Source: an uncultured virus (IMG/VR IMGVR_UViG_3300043932_000242)
Lineage: Duplodnaviria > Heunggongvirae > Uroviricota > Caudoviricetes
DNA length: 20,000 bases
IMG/VR virus record: IMGVR_UViG_3300043932_000242
Direction: 5' to 3' (one strand)
Shown: in pieces, positions 7,518-16,594 of the stretch
Layout of the letters: each line of letters begins with the position of its first letter
How positions within the stretch are numbered: position 1 is the first letter of the stretch
Notes under the pieces: generated by a model
Databases searched by the model: none
Told to the model about the DNA's origin: nothing
Seen by the model: only the letters and a program-made list of their open reading frames with translations
Translations under genes and position numbers: made by a program

Positions 7518-9083
7518 GTGACCAACAAGCAACTAACCCTCAGTGAATTGGAGCAGTACCTCGCTGCTGCTGCCGATTTGCTGCGCGGCGGGATCGACCA
7601 GGCCGACTTTAAGGCCTACATCTTTCCGCTGATGTTCTTCAAGCGTCTCAATGACGTGCACCAGGAAGAATACGAACTGGCGCTCGCGCAGTCAGGCGGC
7701 GACGAAGATTTCGCTGCACTGCCAGAGAACTACTCCTTTGTCATCCCTAAGCAGGCTTCGTGGGAGAACGTTCGCTCGACAACGAAGGACGTGGGGCAAG
7801 CTCTCGTGACTGCGTTCCGCTTGATCGAAGCGAATAATCCTCACCAACTCGGTGGGATTTTCGGCAGCGCTGCCTGGACTAACAAAGCCAAACTGCCCGA
7901 TGAGCGCCTGCTGGATCTGCTCGAGCACTTCTCCACCAAGACTCTGTCAAATGCGAATGTGGCACCGGACGTGTTCGGGCAGGCCTACGAGTACCTGATC
8001 AAGCGGTTTGCGGACCTCTCCCGCAAGAAAGCGGGCGAGTATTACACCCCGCGCTCAGTGGTGCGCATGATGGTGGAAATCCTGGATCCCCAGCCGGGCC
8101 AGACCACTTATGATCCTGCCTGCGGCACGGCTGGCATGCTCATCGAGGTCATCGCCCATGCCAAGGAACAGGGGCATGATCCGCGCCTGCTCTGGGGCAA
8201 ACTGTATGGGCAGGAAAAGACACTCACGACGGCTTCGATTGCTCGCATGAACCTGCTACTGCACGGGGTTCCGGAATTCAACATCGTGCGTGAGGACACC
8301 CTGCGAGCTCCCGCTTTCCACGCCGGTGAGCGCCTGCAACAGTTCGACAACGTGATCGCGAATCCACCGTTCTCGCTGAAAAACTGGGGGCGCGATGCGT
8401 GGGAGACGGACCCGTGGGGCCGAAACCTGCTCGGAGGTACCCCACCTGCGGGCTATGCGGACTGGGCATGGATCGAACACATGGTGGCATCCGCCAAACC
8501 CGGCACGGGCAAGGTAGCCGTGGTCGTGCCACAGGGCGCACTGTTCCGTGGTGATGTGAATAGTAAGTCTGGGGATAACGAGGCAACGATTCGCCGCGAG
8601 TTCATCGAGCGTGACCTCATCGAGGCAGTGATCGAGATGGCCCCCAACCTGTTCTACGGCACGGGGCTGGCTCCCGCGATTGTGGTGCTGCGTACCAGCA
8701 AACAGCCCAAGCGAGCAGGCAAGATCCTTTTTTTGGACGGCTCGGAGCTGTTCACTAAGGGGCGTAACCAGAACACCTTGGAGCGTGAGCACGCCGTCCG
8801 CATCGTGCAGGCTTACCAGGAGTTCAGCGCGCAGGAGCATTTTGCGCACGTGGCCAGCCTGGACGAGGTGCGCGCCCAGGACTACAACCTCACCGTCGCC
8901 CGCTACGTCGCCAAACCACAGAGTGAAACCGGCACCACCCTGGCAGACGCCATCGAACAGCTGACGGAAACGTGGCAGCAAGTGCAAGCCTCACGTGCAC
9001 GCCTTGAGGAAGAACTCGCGAAGTGGGGCCTGGGGTTTGATGCTGCAGCGGCAGTGGATGAGGTCGCGGAGGAGGCGAGATGA
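7518..9083 (+). CDS. hsdM: Type I R-M methyltransferase subunit M1 (NPPF, predicted m6A)
   Basis: HsdM N-terminal domain, GEYYTPR, DPACGTAG (motif I), NPPF (motif IV), LFRG, NLFYGT. Confidence 0.95.
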   Translation: MTNKQLTLSELEQYLAAAADLLRGGIDQADFKAYIFPLMFFKRLNDVHQEEYELALAQSGGDEDFAALPENYSFVIPKQASWENVRSTTKDVGQALVTAFRLIEANNPHQLGGIFGSAAWTNKAKLPDERLLDLLEHFSTKTLSNANVAPDVFGQAYEYLIKRFADLSRKKAGEYYTPRSVVRMMVEILDPQPGQTTYDPACGTAGMLIEVIAHAKEQGHDPRLLWGKLYGQEKTLTTASIARMNLLLHGVPEFNIVREDTLRAPAFHAGERLQQFDNVIANPPFSLKNWGRDAWETDPWGRNLLGGTPPAGYADWAWIEHMVASAKPGTGKVAVVVPQGALFRGDVNSKSGDNEATIRREFIERDLIEAVIEMAPNLFYGTGLAPAIVVLRTSKQPKRAGKILFLDGSELFTKGRNQNTLEREHAVRIVQAYQEFSAQEHFAHVASLDEVRAQDYNLTVARYVAKPQSETGTTLADAIEQLTETWQQVQASRARLEEELAKWGLGFDAAAAVDEVAEEAR

Positions 9084-10582
9084 GTAAGCGAATCACCCAA
9101 GAACAGCTTGAGTCCTACCTGTGGGGCGCGGCTGAACTTCTGCGCGGCCTGATCGATGCCGGTGACTACAAGCAGTACATCTTCCCGCTGGTGTTTTTGA
9201 AGCGCATCAGCGACGTCTACGACGAAGAACGCGCCCAGGCGCTCGCCCTGTATGGCGATGAGGACCTAGCCGACCTGCCAGAGAACCACCGCTTCGCCAT
9301 CCCCGAGGGTGCCCACTGGCAGAACCTGCGCGAAACCACCACCAACATTGGCGAGACCGCGCGCACCATCATGCGCGCCATCGAAGCAGCCAACCCCACA
9401 ACCCTCACTGGCGTGTTCGGAGACGGCGACTGGTCCAACAAAGAACTGCTGCCGGATGCCACCCTGGCAGACCTCATCGAGCACTTCTCCAAACGCACAC
9501 TCAGCCTGGAAAACCTCCCCGAGGACGAGCTCGGGCAAGGCTACGAGTTCCTGATTAAGAAATTCGCCGATGATTCGGGGCATACCGCCCAGGAGTTCTA
9601 CACCAACCGCACCCTCGTACACCTCATGGCGCAGATGCTGGAACCCCAGCCGGGAGAATCCTGCTATGACCCCACCTGCGGCACGGCTGGCATGTTGATT
9701 TCCACCGTGGCAGAGCTGAAACGCCAGGGCAAGGAATGGCGCAACCTGAGCCTGTACGGGCAGGAGCTCAACTACGGGACCAGCGCTATCGGCAAGATGA
9801 ACATGTTCCTGCACGGCATCGAAGATGCCCACATCGCCCACGGGGACACGCTGAAGAATCCGGCGTTCACCAGCAGTGACGGTCATCTGCAAACCTTTGA
9901 TATCGTGCTGGCAAACCCACCGTACTCCATCAAGAATTGGGACCGCGAGCTCTTTAGTAACGACCCTTATGGGCGCAACATGTGGGGCACCCCACCGCAA
10001 GGGCGCGCCGACTACGCCTTCTTCCAACACATCGCCGCATCCCTCAAGCCCCGCACTGGCCGAGCAGCAATCCTCTTCCCCCACGGGGTGCTCTTCCGCC
10101 AAGAAGAAGCCACCATGCGTCAGGCCGCTATCGAATCAGACTTGATTGAGGCAGTCATCGGCCTAGGACCAGGATTGTTCTACAACAGCCCCATGGAAGC
10201 CGTGGTCATCGTGCTGCGAGCCACCAAACCAGCGGAGCGCAAGAACAAGATCCTGTTCATCAACGCGGTAGACGAATACGCCCGCATCAGCGCCCAGAGT
10301 TTCCTGCTTGCCGAGCACCAGCAAAAGATCCTGCGCGCCTACCAGGCGTTCCAGGATCAGCCAGGGTTTACCCGCGTGGCCACCGTGGATGACATTGCCG
10401 CTCTCGACTACACCCTGGCCATCCCACGCTACGTCAGCCCAGTCGCAGCCAGCGATGCAGGCAACCAGGATGCACCAACAAGTATTGAGGATGCACTCAC
10501 CGCGTGGCGGCGCGCAGCCGCCCAGACCGATGCCGTCTTCGCCGAACTACTCGATGCTCTCACCCAGGAGGTGAACAAATGA
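9080..10582 (+). CDS. hsdM: Type I R-M methyltransferase subunit M2 (NPPY, predicted m4C)
   Basis: LESYLWGAA, QEFYTNR, DPTCGTAG, NPPY, FPHGVLFR. ATGA overlap with M1. Confidence 0.95.
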   Translation: MSKRITQEQLESYLWGAAELLRGLIDAGDYKQYIFPLVFLKRISDVYDEERAQALALYGDEDLADLPENHRFAIPEGAHWQNLRETTTNIGETARTIMRAIEAANPTTLTGVFGDGDWSNKELLPDATLADLIEHFSKRTLSLENLPEDELGQGYEFLIKKFADDSGHTAQEFYTNRTLVHLMAQMLEPQPGESCYDPTCGTAGMLISTVAELKRQGKEWRNLSLYGQELNYGTSAIGKMNMFLHGIEDAHIAHGDTLKNPAFTSSDGHLQTFDIVLANPPYSIKNWDRELFSNDPYGRNMWGTPPQGRADYAFFQHIAASLKPRTGRAAILFPHGVLFRQEEATMRQAAIESDLIEAVIGLGPGLFYNSPMEAVVIVLRATKPAERKNKILFINAVDEYARISAQSFLLAEHQQKILRAYQAFQDQPGFTRVATVDDIAALDYTLAIPRYVSPVAASDAGNQDAPTSIEDALTAWRRAAAQTDAVFAELLDALTQEVNK

Positions 10583-11691
10583 GCCTGCACATCGATAAAG
10601 GCACCTGGACCAGAGTCAAGCTCGGTGATGTGGTGCGCAACGTCAACGAAAGCGTAAAAGACCCCGCATCGATTGGAATCGACCGTACTATCGGACTGGA
10701 ACACATCGAGTCAGGAAACTTTGAGGTGCAAGGCTACGGCACCTTGGACGAAGGCGTGAGCTTCACCCGACTGGTACGCCCTGGTCAGGTGCTGTTCGGG
10801 AAGCGACGCGCATACCTGCGTAAGGTCGCTGTTGCCTCCTTCGACGCAGTGTGCTCTGGCGACATCCTGGTCTTCGAGCCGAAGGACGACCGACTCGATG
10901 CGCGTTTTCTGCCCTTCCTTGTGAGCTCAGACGATTTCTTCGATACCGCGCTGCAAACCTCGGCCGGCTCGATGTCTCCTCGCACCAGTTGGAAAGCCCT
11001 CGCGGCCTACGAGTTCCTGCTCCCACCCATCGAAGAACAACACCGCATCGCCGACCTCCTATGGGCTGTTAAGAGTCACCTGGCGACACTCAAGTCTCAA
11101 GCACTGATTCTTGAAGCCACGGACACTCGGAATGGGTTTGGAAAATGGCTAGCTGAGCGATTTCGGAATGCTGAGACTGCAAAATTTTCCGAGTTATTTC
11201 AAGTGTCGAGTGGTAGTTTTCTTCCCGCCAAGAACTTTACCGAGGGTCAGATTCCCGTTTATGGCGGAAATGGTATTGCTGGTTACCACGGCAGTTCAAA
11301 CACTGAAGCCGATGCCATCATTATTGGTCGTGTTGGCGCTTACTGCGGTAACGTACATAAGGTGGAGTCTCCAGCCTGGATTACAGACAATGCGCTGATA
11401 GTCAAAATAAAAAATCCAGAGCTTTTTGTCTCATTGGACTACATTGCACTGTTGTTGAAGCTACTAGGTCTAAATGCTTATGCTTCACAAACTGCACAGC
11501 CTTCTTTGTCGGGTAAAACTCTAGCCGAATGTCGGGTTCCGCTCGTGGCGATAGAAGAGCAGTTTCACATTCAAGAAGTTTTGAACTTTATCCAGGCAAC
11601 GCAGTCTGCTATCGAGTTTGAGTCTCAGAATCTCGCTAGCTTTGCAATGGAGATTCAATTTTCGATATTTGGAGGCTCTGATGTTCGCTGA
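10579..11691 (+). CDS. hsdS: Type I R-M specificity subunit
   Basis: Two TRDs with conserved LPPIEEQHRIA / VPLVAIEEQ repeats. Start ATG 10579 (ATGA overlap, SD GGAGGTG). Confidence 0.92.
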   Translation: MSLHIDKGTWTRVKLGDVVRNVNESVKDPASIGIDRTIGLEHIESGNFEVQGYGTLDEGVSFTRLVRPGQVLFGKRRAYLRKVAVASFDAVCSGDILVFEPKDDRLDARFLPFLVSSDDFFDTALQTSAGSMSPRTSWKALAAYEFLLPPIEEQHRIADLLWAVKSHLATLKSQALILEATDTRNGFGKWLAERFRNAETAKFSELFQVSSGSFLPAKNFTEGQIPVYGGNGIAGYHGSSNTEADAIIIGRVGAYCGNVHKVESPAWITDNALIVKIKNPELFVSLDYIALLLKLLGLNAYASQTAQPSLSGKTLAECRVPLVAIEEQFHIQEVLNFIQATQSAIEFESQNLASFAMEIQFSIFGGSDVR

Positions 11692-14605
11692 GAATCCGAC
11701 TGTGCGAGATTTTGTGTTTGACCGGGTGGCCAGCCTCGACGTGCAGGGTATTGAGGGTCACGACCTGCCGCGTGACACACACGAGGTGCTGCTTGAAGGT
11801 CCTCTGCGTGCGGCGCTGATTCGCTTGAACCCTGAAATCGCAGCCCAGGAGTCACGCGCTGATGAGGTTATCACCGCCCTGCGGCGCATCCTGCTCGACG
11901 CGACCCACACCCCGCATCCGGTGGTAGCTAACGAGCAGTTCACTGCCTGGCTCACCGGCGACAAATCCATGCCCTTTGGCGAAAGTGGCGAGCACGTGCC
12001 CGTACGGATCATCGACTTCGACGACCCAGGGGATGCCTCCTCAAACCAATGGATGGTCTCGCGCGAGGTCACCTTCCGGCAAGGTAAAGAAACCAATCGC
12101 TTTGACGTGGTGATCTGGTGCAACGGGCTACCACTCGTGGTGGTAGAAACGAAGACTGCAGTGGGGCCGTCGAAGACCTGGCTTGATGGTGCCCAGCAGA
12201 TTCACAATGAGTATGAGGTGGAAGCCTCCCAGTTCTTCGTGCCCAACGTGTTTAGCGTAGCCACAGACGGAAAAGAGCTCCGCTACGGCTCAGTAGGGAT
12301 GCCGATAGAAAAATGGGGGCCGTGGCGCGATGAAGACGAACCCTCCGACGCAGTACCTAGCCTAGCCAAGGTCGGCAAAGCCATCGACGGCCTCCTGCAG
12401 CCCGAGGTGATCTTGGACTTCCTGCGGTTCTTCTCCACCTTCGGCACCGACCGTCAACATCGGCGCATCAAGCTCATCGCCCGTTTCCAACAGATCCAAG
12501 CCGCCAACAAAATCGTTGCCCGTGTGCTGGAAGGCAAGAAAAAGCAGGGGCTGATCTGGCATTTCCAAGGCTCTGGTAAATCACTGCTGATGGTGTTCAC
12601 CGCGCGCAAACTGCGCGCCCAGCCACAGTTGAAGTCGCCCACGGTCATGGTGGTGGTCGACCGCACCGACCTGGATGCGCAAATCACTTCAACGTTCCTG
12701 GCCGCTGACGTGGCCAATATGGTGCAGGTGGGCAGCAAAGCAGAACTGAAAGACCTGCTGAATGCTGGTAGTCGCAAGGTCATCATCACCATGATCCACA
12801 AGTTTGGTGACATCACCGAGGCGCTCGATGAGCGCGACAACATCATTGTGATGGTCGACGAAGCCCACCGTACCCAGGAGGGCGACCTAGGCCGCGCCAT
12901 GCGCACCGCACTGCCGAACGCGTTCCTCTTCGGCCTCACCGGCACGCCCATCAACAAGCGCGACCACAACACCTTCAAGTGGTTTGGAGACCCCAGCGAC
13001 GAATCCGGGTACCTCTCCCGATACAGTTTCCAAGACTCCCAGCGCGACGGAGCCACGCTGCCGCTGAACTTTGAGCCTCGCCTGTCTGAAATGCACCTCG
13101 ATGAGCACGCTATCGATATCGCGTTTGAGGAGCTGACACGGGAAAACGAGCTCACCGAAGCAGATCGCACGAAACTCTCCAAACAGGCATCCAGCATTGA
13201 GGTGCTCATCAAGGCCCCTGACCGCGTGGCCAAGGTGGCCGCCGACATCGCAGAGCACTTCCAGTCGCATGTCGCCCCGCAAGGCTTCAAAGCGCAGGTG
13301 GTGGTCTACGACAAAGAAATGTGCGTGGCCTACAAGCACGAACTGGACAAGTACCTTCCCACTGAGGCCAGCACCGTGGTCATGAGCTCGGCACAAACCG
13401 ACCCGCCCGAGTGGCATCAATGGACACCAGATCGCAGCCAAATGGACCGCCTACTCGAGCGATTCAACAACCCGAATGATCCGCTCAAGATCGTCATCGT
13501 CACCGCCAAACTGCTGACCGGCTTCGATGCCCCCATCTTGCAGGCACAGTACCTCGACAAGCCCCTGCACGACCACACACTGCTGCAAGCCATCACCCGC
13601 ACCAACCGTGTCTACCCACCAAACAAGGCCTACGGGCTGGTGGTGGACTACCTGGGAGTGTTCGATGACCTCGCCAACGCGCTGTCCTTCGATGACCAGT
13701 CCGTTCGAGACGTCATCAAGAATCTCGATGACCTGGTGGACCAATTCCCGCCGGCAATGCAGGCTGCTCTCGCATTCTTCCCTGGCGTGGACCGCACGCA
13801 AGACGGATGGGAAGCACTTCAAGCCGCACAGGAAATGCTCGGCGAAGACCGCCGCGATGCTTTCGCTAAGGCCTACTCGATAGTGCACCAACTGTGGGAG
13901 GCACTAAGCCCTGCACCCTTCCTGGCCGAATACAAGCGCGACTACACCTGGCTGACTGCTGTCTACCAGTCCACCCGCCCAGCAGAGACCTCAAACCGGC
14001 TCCTCTGGCATGCGCTCGGTGGAAAGACCCTTGCCCTCATCCACGAGCACGTACAGGTAGACCTGCCGCGCCGAGATCTGGAAACTATCGTCCTGGATGC
14101 AGACTTGGTCGAGGACCTGATGCTCGGTGGGCGCGGCACCGTGGACCCAGATGAACTCGCCAAGATCGTCTCCAAGCGCATTGCCAAACACGCGGGAGAT
14201 CCCCTCTTCATTGCCCTGGGTAAGCGACTACAGGATCTGCGCAAACGCTACGCCGACGCGCAGCAGCACAGCCTGGACTTCCTGCGCGAACTCCTCGAAC
14301 TAGGCCGCGACACCTTGCAGGCCGAGAAAGAAGCCGGCGAGGTGCCACGCGAGGAACGCGGCAAGGCAGCACTTACGGAGCTGTTCGAGACCGTGCGAAG
14401 CGAGTCCACGCCTATCATCGTGGAGAAGGTCGTCGAGGAGATCGACAATGTCGTTAGGCAGGTACGCTTCGATGGCTGGCAGTCAACCAGCGAGGGAGAC
14501 CGAGAAGTTCGCCGCCAACTGCGCCTGATACTGGTCGTCAAGTTCAAGATCAAATCGACCGACGTCTTCGAGAAGGCTCACGAATACATCCGCGAATACT
14601 ACTAA
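11681..14605 (+). CDS. hsdR: Type I R-M restriction subunit
   Basis: Nuclease motif FDVVIWCNGLPLVVVETK, Walker A QGSGKS, DEAH, TGTP, LLTGFDAP, QAITRTNR. Start ATG 11681 after GGAGG. Confidence 0.95.
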   Translation: MFAENPTVRDFVFDRVASLDVQGIEGHDLPRDTHEVLLEGPLRAALIRLNPEIAAQESRADEVITALRRILLDATHTPHPVVANEQFTAWLTGDKSMPFGESGEHVPVRIIDFDDPGDASSNQWMVSREVTFRQGKETNRFDVVIWCNGLPLVVVETKTAVGPSKTWLDGAQQIHNEYEVEASQFFVPNVFSVATDGKELRYGSVGMPIEKWGPWRDEDEPSDAVPSLAKVGKAIDGLLQPEVILDFLRFFSTFGTDRQHRRIKLIARFQQIQAANKIVARVLEGKKKQGLIWHFQGSGKSLLMVFTARKLRAQPQLKSPTVMVVVDRTDLDAQITSTFLAADVANMVQVGSKAELKDLLNAGSRKVIITMIHKFGDITEALDERDNIIVMVDEAHRTQEGDLGRAMRTALPNAFLFGLTGTPINKRDHNTFKWFGDPSDESGYLSRYSFQDSQRDGATLPLNFEPRLSEMHLDEHAIDIAFEELTRENELTEADRTKLSKQASSIEVLIKAPDRVAKVAADIAEHFQSHVAPQGFKAQVVVYDKEMCVAYKHELDKYLPTEASTVVMSSAQTDPPEWHQWTPDRSQMDRLLERFNNPNDPLKIVIVTAKLLTGFDAPILQAQYLDKPLHDHTLLQAITRTNRVYPPNKAYGLVVDYLGVFDDLANALSFDDQSVRDVIKNLDDLVDQFPPAMQAALAFFPGVDRTQDGWEALQAAQEMLGEDRRDAFAKAYSIVHQLWEALSPAPFLAEYKRDYTWLTAVYQSTRPAETSNRLLWHALGGKTLALIHEHVQVDLPRRDLETIVLDADLVEDLMLGGRGTVDPDELAKIVSKRIAKHAGDPLFIALGKRLQDLRKRYADAQQHSLDFLRELLELGRDTLQAEKEAGEVPREERGKAALTELFETVRSESTPIIVEKVVEEIDNVVRQVRFDGWQSTSEGDREVRRQLRLILVVKFKIKSTDVFEKAHEYIREYY

Positions 14606-14880
14606 TCTACGAAGGTGAACCTTTTGATGCTTTCGGCTTCAACCGTACAAGACACCTTCTGAGCGTCGGCTCCGAATCCCCGATCAGCCTCAGTGGGGAG
14701 CCGCTCCACAGGTCATTCACGCCAACGACGTGCCCTTGCCGATGGATTGGGACGGGGGCGGGTGGGTCAACCTGACCGCTGACAGTGGTGGCGTGACGGT
14801 ACATGCCTCGTCCTCGCGCGTGTTGTGGCAGGTTCTCGAAGATGGCAGGCAGGCCGCCGTGAAGACCCTTGTTCGGGGTA

Positions 14881-15090
14881 CCTGCTAACACCCTCCAACA
14901 CTCGCTAACAACCGCGTTGCCAACAGTGTGGATAAACGAGCGTTGGCCGATGGTGAACTGCAGCGCCGCCCGAGTTCCAGGAAGGAACGCCACTCGACCG
15001 GACTGGGAGACCCGCGTTTTCGCCTGGTAACAGGTCATTTTCTCCCCATCGGTGTTGTGATGCTGTTGTATCCAAACCGCTACCAACACA
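14881..15090. repeat. Phased YAACA/TGTTG repeat cluster with a perfect DnaA box
   Basis: CCTGCTAACA-CCCTCCAACA-CTCGCTAACA at a 10-bp period (14881-14910), GCCAACA ending at 14925, TGTGGATAA at 14927-14935, inverted TGTTG at 15053 and 15064, and ACCAACACA ending at 15090. Confidence 0.55.
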
Positions 15091-16593
15091 GACCCGCCGT
15101 ACAACACGGGTCACGACTTTGTTTACATGGACAAGTTCGGCGACACCATCGAGAACTACAAGGAGCAGGCGGGACTCGCCGGCCAGTCCAACGCCGACAC
15201 GAGCGGCCGCTTCCACAGCGACTGGTGCTCCATGATGTACCCCAGGCTGAGGCTTGCTCGCGAGCTGCTGAGCGACGATGGGGCGTTATTCATTAGTATC
15301 GACGGCAACGAAGACAAGAACCTCCGAGCCATTTGCGATGAAATATTTGGTGAATCCAACTTTAGGAATCAGCTCCTGGTTAGGCGTCGAATTAAGAGCC
15401 TAAATGTCCAGTTCGCCGATAATGGATTAAACAGCTTCAATGTAGGCTCCGAATCCATTTTTGTATATTCAAAATCTTCATTGTTTTCATTCAACCCCCT
15501 TCGCGTAAAAAAGGCAGATGCGCCCAAAAAGGGTTCATGGAACGTTTTTTGGAGTAATGCGGATAGGCCTACCATGCGCTATGAAATACTCGGTTTTACC
15601 CCGACGACCGGACAATGGCGTTGGCAAAAAAACATGGCGGACGAGGCTGTGGAAAATTATGCGATTTACCAGCGCGATTTCGAAGCAAAAATAACACTAG
15701 AGGAGTATTGGCAATCTACAGGTCGATCAAAACGGTTTATTAGGCGAATTCCTAACGGCGTTGGAAAAAACGGCGGAGTTCAATATTGGGTTGCGCCATC
15801 TGAAACATCTCTCAGGACCAGCAACTGGAACGACCTGGAAGTCTCGCAAATCTCAAAGGACTACGATTTGCCTTTTGATAACCCGAAAAACGTTGTATTA
15901 ATCGAAGAGCTCATTTCCTCAGTCCCTGGTGACGATTTCTATATCGTTGATTTCTTCTCGGGCTCGGCAACAACGGCAGACGCTACCCTCAGATTGAACG
16001 CTAAAGATGGGGGACGCAGGAAGTGTCTCCTTGTCCAGCTACCTGAAAAATATCCAAACGACTCAGAAGGTGGACAAGCCGGTTACGAAACCCTATGTGA
16101 CGTAGGCGAAAAAAGAATACGACTTGCTGGTGACAGGATGCAGAGCGGGCTGAGTGATGCGAACCGCCAGCTAAAACTTGATGAATCCCCGAAACAACTT
16201 CCCGACATCGGCTTCCGAGTCTTCTCGCTTGACGACTCTGGCATCGAACGTCCAAAGCCCGGTCAGCTTGTGCTCGATGTGGTGAAGCCCGACCGCACCG
16301 AACTTGATATCGTCTTCGAGATGATGCTCAAATGGGGGCTTGAGCTCACCCTGCCCGTGGAGAAGTCCGAAGCCGCTGGCTATCCCGTCTGGTCCGTCGC
16401 TTGCGACGAGCTCGTCTGCTGCATGTCCCAGGGCCTCACCATCGAAGCCCTCGAGGCCATCGCCGATATGGAGCCCAGGCGCGTGCTCATCCTCGACTCC
16501 ATCCTCGACGACACCCTCAAGCTCAACGCCGTGCAGATCTTCAAGCACGCTGGCGAGCGCATGGGCTGCGAGATCGAACTGAGGACGGTCTAG
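15091..16593 (+). pseudogene. mod: Type III R-M methyltransferase (Mod), 5'-truncated
   Basis: In-frame DPPYNTGHDFVY starts at 15091, upstream of the first ATG (15127). There is an in-frame TGA at 15058 and no ATG/GTG/TTG between it and DPPY. HSDWCSMMYPRL, FDNPK and DFFSGSATT are present. Confidence 0.85.
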
Positions 16594-16594
16594 C

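Noticed and set aside
7518..10582. Second hsdM as an assembly duplication or pseudogene
   Set aside because: Both ORFs are full length, well diverged, translationally coupled and have different motif IV sequences.
14612..14706. Terminator after hsdR
   Set aside because: Only a short AAGG/CCTT stem and an interrupted CGGCTCC/GGAGCCG repeat without a clear U-tract; too weak to call.
14607..15107. 166-aa minus-strand ORF between hsdR and mod
   Set aside because: No recognisable motif, atypical composition, and it overlaps the repeat cluster and mod remnant; probably spurious.
15091..15300. Phase-variable mod controlled by simple sequence repeats
   Set aside because: No repeat tract seen, and the missing N-terminus was not recognisable in another frame upstream; this is a truncation, not a frameshift.
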